NCBI GenBank assembly: GCA_016207465.1 | Contig: JACQPP010000075.1 | Span: forward strand, 1 to 35,317 | DNA from: Methanobacteriota archaeon | GTDB taxonomy: Archaea > Halobacteriota > Syntropharchaeia > JACQPP01 | Direction of reading: 5' to 3' | Length of the DNA: 35,317 bases | Shown: piece by piece, positions 8,846 to 16,331 of the stretch | Layout: every line of letters starts with the position of its first letter | How positions within the stretch are numbered: position 1 is the stretch's first letter | Program-made: the position numbers and the translations under genes | The notes under the pieces: model-generated | Told to the model about the DNA's origin: nothing | Database searches by the model: none | Seen by the model: the letters and a program-made list of their open reading frames with translations, nothing else

Positions 8846-9857
8846 CCTCCACCTTGTCACCGGCGCCCGCGGGGTCCTGGGCCGCGCGGTGGTCGCGCGG
8901 CTGCTGCGGGGGGGCCTGCGGGTGCGGACCCTCGACCTCTTCCGGTCCTACGAGTTCCCGGCGGAGGTGGAGCAGCGGATTGGAGACGTGCGGGACGCGG
9001 ACGCCGTGGGCCGCGCGGTCCGGGGCGCGCATGTGGTCCACCACCTCGCAGCCCTCCTCCCCCAGAAGCGGGCCCCCCGCCAACTCATGCAGGCCGTCAA
9101 CGTCGGGGGAACCCGAAATGTCCTCGACGCCTGCCTGCGGGAGGGCGTGGGACGGCTGGTCTTCGCCTCCACCATCGAACTCTACGGGGCCCGCCCCGAC
9201 CTGCCGGTGGCCGAGGATGCCACGCCCCTCTTCACGGGGGAGTACAGCCGGAACAAGTGGGAGTGCGAGGGGTTCCTCCGGGAGGCGGCCGAGGACGGGA
9301 AAATCTCCTGCGTGGCTTTCCGGATGCCGATGATTTTCGGCCCCGGCTTCTACCACGAGCGGGCCATGCTCACCCTCTTCGACTGCATCCGCCGGGGGCT
9401 CCCCATCCTCCTCCCCGGCGACCCCCGTGTGCCCTTCACCGGCCTCTGGGTGGACGACGGGGCCGAGGGCTTCCACCGGGCCTCCACCCGCCCCGGCCTC
9501 CGCTGGCTCGCCGCCAACCTCGCCGTGGCCGACGCCCCCCCGGCCCTCCAGCTCATGCGGGACTTCGCCGGGGCGGTGGGCTCCCGCTCCCGGGTCATCC
9601 CGGTCCCCCCCTTGCTGCTTCGCCCCGGCGTCTCCCTCTTCAAGGCCACCGGCCTCCCCGTCCCCGTGACCCGCACCCCCCCGGAACTCCTCGACTTCAT
9701 CTTCACCGGGGGCCACTACGACATCACCCGAGCCCGGAAGCAATTGGGCTGGTCCCCGACGAGGAACTGCCTGGAGATGCTCACCGAGACCTACCGCTGG
9801 TACATCGAGAACCGGAGGGTCCCCCCACGGGAGCGGCGCCTCCACGGGTTGAGGTGA
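8838..9857 (+). CDS. NAD-dependent epimerase/dehydratase (extended SDR, 3-beta-HSD-like)
   Basis: VTGARGVLG, HLAA, VNVGGT, YSRNK (YxxxK), IFGPG. Confidence 0.88.
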   Translation: MADLHLVTGARGVLGRAVVARLLRGGLRVRTLDLFRSYEFPAEVEQRIGDVRDADAVGRAVRGAHVVHHLAALLPQKRAPRQLMQAVNVGGTRNVLDACLREGVGRLVFASTIELYGARPDLPVAEDATPLFTGEYSRNKWECEGFLREAAEDGKISCVAFRMPMIFGPGFYHERAMLTLFDCIRRGLPILLPGDPRVPFTGLWVDDGAEGFHRASTRPGLRWLAANLAVADAPPALQLMRDFAGAVGSRSRVIPVPPLLLRPGVSLFKATGLPVPVTRTPPELLDFIFTGGHYDITRARKQLGWSPTRNCLEMLTETYRWYIENRRVPPRERRLHGLR

Positions 9858-9861
9858 CCCC

Positions 9862-10557
9862 ATGCAAGGCCCTCCAGGGATTGCCATCACCGCCACCGAC
9901 ACCGCAGCGGGCAAAACCACCGTGGCATCGGCCCTGCTCCACCACCTGCGCTCGCGGGGGGTGGACGCTGTGCCCTTCAAGCCGGTGGAGACCGGCTGCC
10001 CCCGCCGGAGGGGACGGCCATACCCGCAAGATGCGGCGCGGCTCCGGCGGGCATCCGGGACCCCGGAGCCTCTCGGGGCCATCTGCCCTTACCCATTCCA
10101 TGCCCCCCTCGCCCCCCTGGAGGCCGCCCGCCGCGAGGGGCGCCCCATCGAGCCCCGGCGCATCCTCCGGGCCTTCCGGGCCCTCGCGGCCCGCCACGAG
10201 TGGGTGGTGGTGGAGACCGCCGGGGGGCTCCGGGTCCCCCTGACCCCCCGCTGCTCCAACCGGGAGCTCCTGCACGACCTGGGGCTCCCCGCCCTGGTGG
10301 TGGTCCCGAACTGGCTGGGAGCCATCAACCACACCCTGCTCACCCTGGATTCCCTCCAGGGGGCCCGAATCCCGGTGGCGGGGGTCATCCTGAACGACCT
10401 CCGGCCCCCGCGGGGGTTGGCGGAGAGGAGCAACCGGCGGGTCCTGGAGGGACTGGGAATCCAGGTCTGCACGTTTCCCCACATTCCCCGGGGACGGCTT
10501 GAGGCAACCTCAAGGAGGGTCCCCTGGAAATCCATTCTGCACCATTGTAAACGATAG
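9862..10557 (+). CDS. bioD: Dethiobiotin synthase
   Basis: TDTAAGKT, FKPVETG, PLAP..AA, VETAGGL.VP, LGAINHTLL. Confidence 0.92.
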   Translation: MQGPPGIAITATDTAAGKTTVASALLHHLRSRGVDAVPFKPVETGCPRRRGRPYPQDAARLRRASGTPEPLGAICPYPFHAPLAPLEAARREGRPIEPRRILRAFRALAARHEWVVVETAGGLRVPLTPRCSNRELLHDLGLPALVVVPNWLGAINHTLLTLDSLQGARIPVAGVILNDLRPPRGLAERSNRRVLEGLGIQVCTFPHIPRGRLEATSRRVPWKSILHHCKR

Positions 10558-10621
10558 CGGTGGACCCCGATTTTGCACAAACCTTATCTACCCCCCTGTC
10601 CCCCTTTACTATGGAGCCATC

Positions 10622-10957
10622 ATGGTCCTGCTCACGGTCACCGACTCGGCAGCCGCCAAAATCCAGAACGTCCTCCAGGGGCTGGGGAAGCCCCAGGGGG
10701 CCCTCCGGGTCTCCGTCGTCGGCGGGGGCTGCTCCGGGCTCTCCTACAAGATGAACGCCGCCGACGGCCCCGCCAAGGGGGACACCCTCGTCGAGGACAA
10801 GGGGGTCCGGGTGGTGCTGGACGCCAAAACCCTCCTCTACATCGCGGGCTCCCAGATTGACTACAAGGAGGGGCTGGGCCTCGACGGCCAGGGCTTCCGG
10901 GTGTCCAACCCCAACGCCAAGACCACCTGCGGCTGCGGAGAATCCTTCTCTGTATAG
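10622..10957 (+). CDS. iscA: A-type Fe-S carrier (HesB/IscA family)
   Basis: GGGCSGLSY, NPNA..TCGCGESF. Confidence 0.92.
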   Translation: MVLLTVTDSAAAKIQNVLQGLGKPQGALRVSVVGGGCSGLSYKMNAADGPAKGDTLVEDKGVRVVLDAKTLLYIAGSQIDYKEGLGLDGQGFRVSNPNAKTTCGCGESFSV

Positions 10958-10965
10958 GCCGGCCC

Positions 10966-11667
10966 ATGACTTCAGCGGCCTGTCCCAAGTGCAATACCCC
11001 GGGTGAGGCCGTCTTCTGCCCCCGGTGCGACACCCTTCTCCCCCCGCGCGAGCTGGACCACTTCACCCTCCTCGGGGCCCCCCGTCGGCCCTGGCTGGAG
11101 GAGGGGCCCCTGAAGGAGGCCTACCACCGGCTCAGCATGAGGCTCCACCCCGACCACGCGAGGGAGCGGAGGGAGGACGCGGTGGTGTGGTCGAGCCATC
11201 TGAACAAGGCCTACGCCACCCTGCGGGACCCCCGGGACCGCCTCCAATACCTGGTCTCCCTGGAGACCGGCTCGAACCCCCTGGGGCCCGGGACGGCCCC
11301 GGTGACCCCAGACATGATGAAACTCTCCCTGGAGGTCCAGAAGTTCTGCCAGGCCTTCGACCCCTGGTCCAGCCGGCCCCCCCGGGCCTCTCCCATGCTG
11401 GCGGCGGGCCGCGCCCTGGAGAAAGCGGAGCATGAGAAGAGGCTCGCCACCCTCCAGGCCGCCGTCGCCGAGCGCCGCCGGAGGGTGATGGAGGAAATCC
11501 GGGCCCTCGACGCCCGGTGGACCACTGGCGAACGGGCCCCCCTGGGCAAGAAACTCGCGGAGCAGGCCTCCTGGCTCTCCTACCTCAACAAGTTCGACTC
11601 GCTGCTGGCCGAGCGGCTCCTCGCCCTCCGCTCCGGGACCCCCATCGCCCCCGAGCCCTTCCATTAA
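10966..11667 (+). CDS. hscB: HscB-type J-domain co-chaperone with N-terminal tetracysteine module
   Basis: CPKC..FCPRC; DHF.LLG; LHPD; LNKAYATLRDP..R.QYL; follows iscA. Confidence 0.85.
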   Translation: MTSAACPKCNTPGEAVFCPRCDTLLPPRELDHFTLLGAPRRPWLEEGPLKEAYHRLSMRLHPDHARERREDAVVWSSHLNKAYATLRDPRDRLQYLVSLETGSNPLGPGTAPVTPDMMKLSLEVQKFCQAFDPWSSRPPRASPMLAAGRALEKAEHEKRLATLQAAVAERRRRVMEEIRALDARWTTGERAPLGKKLAEQASWLSYLNKFDSLLAERLLALRSGTPIAPEPFH

Positions 11668-11815
11668 ATCCCTTTTCTTTCTTTTGCCACGCCCGCCTTC
11701 GGCGGTCTAACGGAGGGCTCGCGTTGTGCTTCGCAAAACGCGAAGCCCTCCTGCAAAAGAAAGAAAAGCGATTTTATTCGGAAAAGAAAGAGAATGGTCG
11801 GATGCGTTCAGAACG
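11666..11815 (+). repeat. Structured ~150-bp repeat, copy 1
   Basis: Matches the reverse complement of 26876-27021; 16-bp outer stem cttttctttcttttgc/gcaaaagaaagaaaag enclosing two hairpins. Confidence 0.9.
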
Positions 11816-11869
11816 GAAGAGAATCCCCGATGAGTTTTTCCCCGAGGGCGAGTGAGTAAGAGAGCCATC

Positions 11870-13651
11870 ATGGCACAAAGAATCCTGGGAATTGACCTGG
11901 GGACCAGCAACTCCAGCGCCGCCGTGCTCCGGCAGGGCAAACCCATCACCATCCCCAGCCGGGAGGGGGCGAGCCCCTCGGGCAAAAATTTTCCGAGCGT
12001 CATCGCCTTCACCCCCGGGGGCCTCCTGGTGGGGCTCTCCGCCCTGCGGCAGGCCGCCGCCAACCCCCAGGGCACCGCCACCGCATTCAAGCGCAAGATG
12101 GGGAGCCCCCACAAGTATGTCTTCCAGGGCAAAGAATATGCCCCGGAGGAACTCTCCTCCATCCTCCTGCGGAAAATCCGGGAGGACGCCGAGACCCACC
12201 TGGGGGAGAAGGTGGGCAAGGCGGTCATCACGGTGCCCGCCTACTTCAACGACTCCCAGAGGCAGGCCACGAAAAAAGCGGGGGAGCTGGCGGGCCTCGA
12301 GGTGGTGCGCATCATCAACGAGCCCACCGCCGCCGCCCTCGCCTACGGCCTCGACAAGAAGGGGAGCCACACGGTCCTCGTCTTCGACCTCGGCGGGGGC
12401 ACCCTCGACGTCACCCTCCTGGAGTTCGGCGCAGGGGTCTTCCAGGTGCGGGCCACCAGCGGCGACACCCAGCTGGGGGGCACCGACATGGACCGGGCCC
12501 TCGTGGACCACCTCGCCGGGGAGTTCCAGAAGAGCGGCGGGGCGGATATCCGCGGGGACCCCCTCGCCATGGCCAAGCTCCGCGAGGCCGCCGAGCAGGC
12601 GAAAATCATCCTCTCCACCGAAACCCGGACCGGGGTCAACATCCCCTTCTTCTCCAGGGACCCCCAGGGGGCCCCCCTGCACCTCAAGGTCCCTCTCACC
12701 CGCGAAGTCATGGAGGGGGTCCTAAGGCCCATCGTGGAGCGCTGCCGGAGGCCCCTCCTCCAGGTCCTCGCCGACGCCAAGATGGACCCCGCCGGAGTGG
12801 AGAGCGTCATCCTCGTCGGCGGACCCACCCGCATGCCCCTCGTGCGCCGCTTCGTCGAGGGAGTCCTCGGCAAGAGGCCCGAGGAGGGCATTGACCCCAT
12901 GGAGGCGGTCGCCCAGGGGGCCGCCATCCAGGGGGCCGTCCTCTCCGGGGAGACTGGGCAGGTCCTCCTCCTCGACGTCACCCCTCTCTCCCTCGGCATC
13001 GAGACCCTCGGGGGCCTCATGAACACCATCATCCCCCGCAACACCACCATCCCCACCAAAGCAGGCGAGCTCTTCACCACCGCCATCAGCGGACAGAAGC
13101 ACATCCTCATCCACGTCCTCCAGGGGGAGCGGGAGATGGTGCGGGACAACTTCTCCCTCGGCCGCTTCATGTTCGAGGTCGAGCCCGCCCCCGCCGGGGC
13201 CCACCGCGTCGGAGTCCAGTTCACCATTGACGAGAACGGCATCCTCCACGTCCTCGCCATGGACACCCGCACCGGAAAGCGCGTGGACCACACCATCCAG
13301 AGCGTGGTCAACATCGAGGAGGAGAAGGTGGAGAAGATGGTCCGAGAGTCCCTCGAGCACGCCATGGAGGACATGAAGGCCCGCCAGACCGCCGAGACCC
13401 GGAACGAGCTCGACCTCATGGTCCGCGCCACCGAGACCGGCCTCGCCGACCTCGAGCCCCGCCTCAGCCCCAGCGAGGGGGAGACCATCCGCGCCAGCCT
13501 CGCCGAGGCCCGCGCCGCCCTCCCCACCGACGACTACACGCGCCTCAAGAACGCCCGCGAGCGCCTCGACAAATCCACCCAGAACCTTGCCCGCCTCATG
13601 ATGGACGAGATACAAAAGAAGACACAGGGGGCCCCCCCGGGGCCCAAATAG
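11870..13651 (+). CDS. Hsp70-family chaperone, HscA-like by context
   Basis: GIDLGTSNS, TVPAYFNDSQRQAT, INEPTAAALAYG, VGGPTRMP, LLDVTPLSLGIET; downstream of iscA-hscB. Confidence 0.9.
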   Translation: MAQRILGIDLGTSNSSAAVLRQGKPITIPSREGASPSGKNFPSVIAFTPGGLLVGLSALRQAAANPQGTATAFKRKMGSPHKYVFQGKEYAPEELSSILLRKIREDAETHLGEKVGKAVITVPAYFNDSQRQATKKAGELAGLEVVRIINEPTAAALAYGLDKKGSHTVLVFDLGGGTLDVTLLEFGAGVFQVRATSGDTQLGGTDMDRALVDHLAGEFQKSGGADIRGDPLAMAKLREAAEQAKIILSTETRTGVNIPFFSRDPQGAPLHLKVPLTREVMEGVLRPIVERCRRPLLQVLADAKMDPAGVESVILVGGPTRMPLVRRFVEGVLGKRPEEGIDPMEAVAQGAAIQGAVLSGETGQVLLLDVTPLSLGIETLGGLMNTIIPRNTTIPTKAGELFTTAISGQKHILIHVLQGEREMVRDNFSLGRFMFEVEPAPAGAHRVGVQFTIDENGILHVLAMDTRTGKRVDHTIQSVVNIEEEKVEKMVRESLEHAMEDMKARQTAETRNELDLMVRATETGLADLEPRLSPSEGETIRASLAEARAALPTDDYTRLKNARERLDKSTQNLARLMMDEIQKKTQGAPPGPK

Positions 13652-13760
13652 GCCCCCCTGCGGGTGACTAACAACCGGAACCGCTATCGGTGAACCTTCT
13701 TGCGCTCGTGACTATTTAATGCCCCGGAGCGGGCTACCCTGAGGTGGTGGGTGATTAGAC

Positions 13761-14435
13761 ATGAAGAGACTATTCCTCGTCCTGCTGGTATTCGGGGGGC
13801 TGGCCCTCGCCTCGACGGCGGCCGCCGACCACGACGGCGCCATCAAGGCGGGCCAGGTCCAAGTGAGCCTGCAACAGGTCCCCCTGGGCGGGGGAGACTG
13901 GGTCTACAACTACGACTTCCACTCCAAGGACATCCGGGCCGACAACGTGGACTGGCCCGTGACCCTCGTCTTCTGGAACAACGCCGAGGTGGACAAGGTG
14001 AAGAACGTCTGGTGCCCCTGGTACGACACCCAGTGCTGGGCCCCCGGGGTCTACGAGTATATGTACCTGAAGGACGGGAGCAGCCCCGCGTGGGACCAGG
14101 ACACCGGGAGGAAGAAGCTCCTCAAGTGGTACGACTGGGACGACACCTGGCACGTGCGCTTCTACGCCCCCTCCTCCACCGACCGGGGCTACAACCTCCA
14201 GATGGGCTACTGGGTCGTTGCCACCACCCACAAGCACATTGACGAACTGGGCGGCGACGCCACCAAGCGCACCGGATACAATGAGGAGACCGAGGGCAAG
14301 GTGGCCAGCGTCTTCAAGGGCAAGGGCTACCAGGTCCAGGAGGACTCCCTCCCCATGGGCAATGCCCAAAATGTGTGGGTGGGACACCACTACCTGGAGT
14401 CCGACGGCCGCGCCACATTGATTAGGATTCCCTGA
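13761..14435 (+). CDS. Secreted hypothetical protein
   Basis: Signal peptide MKRLFLVLLVFGGLALA..A; Trp/Tyr-rich mature domain; host-like codon usage; SD-like ggtgat upstream. Confidence 0.8.
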   Translation: MKRLFLVLLVFGGLALASTAAADHDGAIKAGQVQVSLQQVPLGGGDWVYNYDFHSKDIRADNVDWPVTLVFWNNAEVDKVKNVWCPWYDTQCWAPGVYEYMYLKDGSSPAWDQDTGRKKLLKWYDWDDTWHVRFYAPSSTDRGYNLQMGYWVVATTHKHIDELGGDATKRTGYNEETEGKVASVFKGKGYQVQEDSLPMGNAQNVWVGHHYLESDGRATLIRIP

Positions 14436-14447
14436 AGAGACTCCCGC

Positions 14448-15416
14448 GTGGAGCCATCCATCGCAGGACTTGTCCTGCTACTGCTGGTTGCCCTCGCCGG
14501 CACCGCCCAGGGGCAGGCCCCACTCCTGCCCCCCGACGAGGGCTCCCTCACCCTCCGGGACCTGGGCCACGGCGACGTCGTCCTGGGGCCCGGGGTGGAG
14601 AACCGGACCCTCGAAATCCAACTCCCCGGCAACGCCTCCCAGGGCCCCGGCCTCTGGTACCGCATCCACCTCAACCTCGAAATACGGTTCAATGAGAGCA
14701 TGGTCCGCGAGGCCCCCCGCTCGCTGGCCTACATCAGCGGGAGCCTCAACGGCTGGGCATACGCCTCCGCCAAACTCGACTTCCCCCTCCCCGGGTCCGT
14801 GCGCTGGGACTTCGTCAACGTCACCGGGACCTACCGCGAGACCGCCCCCCTCCCCCGCCTCACCCTGGACCTCTCCAACTACCCCCCCATCCCCGCCGTC
14901 CAGCCCGGAGCCGCCCGCCTGGAGTTCCGCCTGGAGACCCTCGGGGCCCCCGTGGTGGAGGAGGCCCGCATCCTGGCCACCTCCCGCATCGAGACAACCC
15001 CCATCGCCCCCCCGAGGCTCCGCATCTCCCGCGTCGAGGGGCCCCCCGCCGGCCTCCGGGCAGGGGAGGAGTTCACCCTCCGGGTCCACCTCCGCAACCT
15101 CGGAGGCCTCCCCGCCAGGAATACCCGCGTGGACCTCCGCCTCCCCGACGGACTCCGTTTCCTCTCGGGGGCCCAGGAGACCCAGCGGTTCGACTTGGTC
15201 GAGAGGGAGGCCCAGGCCGAATGGAGACTCCGCGCCATCGAGGCCGACCAGGGGGCCCTCCAGGTGCTGGTCCGCTCCGAGAGCAGCGACTCCTCCCCCA
15301 CCCTGGAGGTCCCCATCTCCATCCGCCCCCCCGATGTCCCCCTCCTCCTGGGGGTGGCCCTCGCCGCAGCCATCCTGCTCCTGGTTCTCCTCCGGCGCCT
15401 CCGCGGGCGTGGATAG
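14448..15416 (+). CDS. Exported protein with Ig-like (CARDB/DUF11-like) domain and C-terminal membrane anchor
   Basis: Signal peptide; GEEFTLRVHLRNLGG.PA.N..V.L.LPDGL; C-terminal hydrophobic helix followed by RRLRGRG. Confidence 0.75.
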   Translation: MEPSIAGLVLLLLVALAGTAQGQAPLLPPDEGSLTLRDLGHGDVVLGPGVENRTLEIQLPGNASQGPGLWYRIHLNLEIRFNESMVREAPRSLAYISGSLNGWAYASAKLDFPLPGSVRWDFVNVTGTYRETAPLPRLTLDLSNYPPIPAVQPGAARLEFRLETLGAPVVEEARILATSRIETTPIAPPRLRISRVEGPPAGLRAGEEFTLRVHLRNLGGLPARNTRVDLRLPDGLRFLSGAQETQRFDLVEREAQAEWRLRAIEADQGALQVLVRSESSDSSPTLEVPISIRPPDVPLLLGVALAAAILLLVLLRRLRGRG

Positions 15417-15541
15417 GGGGCCCCCCGGGGCCTGACAGAGACTAACACCCGGAAACCGGCATCGGGAAGCCCCCCGCTGAGAGACACTATTGATACCCCC
15501 GGCCGGAGGAGAGGAGGGCAGTGGTGGTTGGGAGGTAGATT

Positions 15542-16330
15542 ATGAAGCGACTGTTCCTCGTTCTCCTGGTGTTCGGGGGGCTGGCCCTGGCGCCCGCCCA
15601 GGCGGCCGACGGCGACAGCGACGGCCTCGACGATGGCCTGGAGCAGTCCCTCCTCTCCCGCTTCCGCCCCTACATGGTCATGTCCAAGACCGACAAGGAG
15701 CCCGGCCCCGTCTACTTCCAGAAGAACAACCCCAGCCCGGTGGTCACCGGATACGGGGGGCTCTACGGCGTCGTGAACCCCCGGCCCGGCTACGGGTGTC
15801 CCAAGGCCGCCGCGGCCCGCGGGATGTGCGCCCAGGCCCAGGTGAGCGTGGAGATGAAAATCTTCGACGTCTGGGCCAAGGACCACGGCGTACCCCCGGA
15901 GGGCTGGTCCTGGTACACCCCCTGGTGCATCCCCGGCATCACCAGCCACACCTGGGACCCCGAGGGGGGCATCCGAGTCCTCGTCAGCGCCCCCTCTTGG
16001 GACTCCCCGCCCGACCAGTGGCGGGTCTGGAAACTCGGCTACCACCGCCACGGCTTCTTCGAGGCCCGCGACTCGGCCCCCGGCATCGGGGAGAACGATG
16101 GGCAGCACGTCGGCATGTGGATATCCAAGAACAAGCACGGGGCCTACGTGAGCCAGAAGTCCGCCGAGCGCAACCCCGACTCCTGGTTCTGCGACCGCCT
16201 CAAGGACCCCGGCACGCCGAGCCGCGCCTCCATCCCCGAGAACGTGGGCGCCCTCGGAAAGCCCCTCAACGGCAACCTCTGGACCGCCTGGTACGCCGAC
16301 GACGGCAACGAGTTCAACAACCGCCTCTGA
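15542..16330 (+). CDS. Secreted protein with acidic Ca-binding-like repeat; possible NPP1/Vps62-like domain
   Basis: Same 17-aa leader as 13761; DGDSDGLDD; LLSRFRP..., SHTWDPEG, ISKNKHGAY; SD ggaggt. Confidence 0.75.
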   Translation: MKRLFLVLLVFGGLALAPAQAADGDSDGLDDGLEQSLLSRFRPYMVMSKTDKEPGPVYFQKNNPSPVVTGYGGLYGVVNPRPGYGCPKAAAARGMCAQAQVSVEMKIFDVWAKDHGVPPEGWSWYTPWCIPGITSHTWDPEGGIRVLVSAPSWDSPPDQWRVWKLGYHRHGFFEARDSAPGIGENDGQHVGMWISKNKHGAYVSQKSAERNPDSWFCDRLKDPGTPSRASIPENVGALGKPLNGNLWTAWYADDGNEFNNRL

Positions 16331-16331
16331 T

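Noticed and set aside
7160-8860. 566-aa ORF (likewise 18557-20377, 25280-26269, 27097-27942, 5256-5903)
   Set aside because: High-GC read-through upstream of the true starts; re-called using homology and ATGA coupling.
11774-13615. Long antisense ORFs opposite Hsp70
   Set aside because: Well-known antisense shadow frames of dnaK-family genes in GC-rich DNA.
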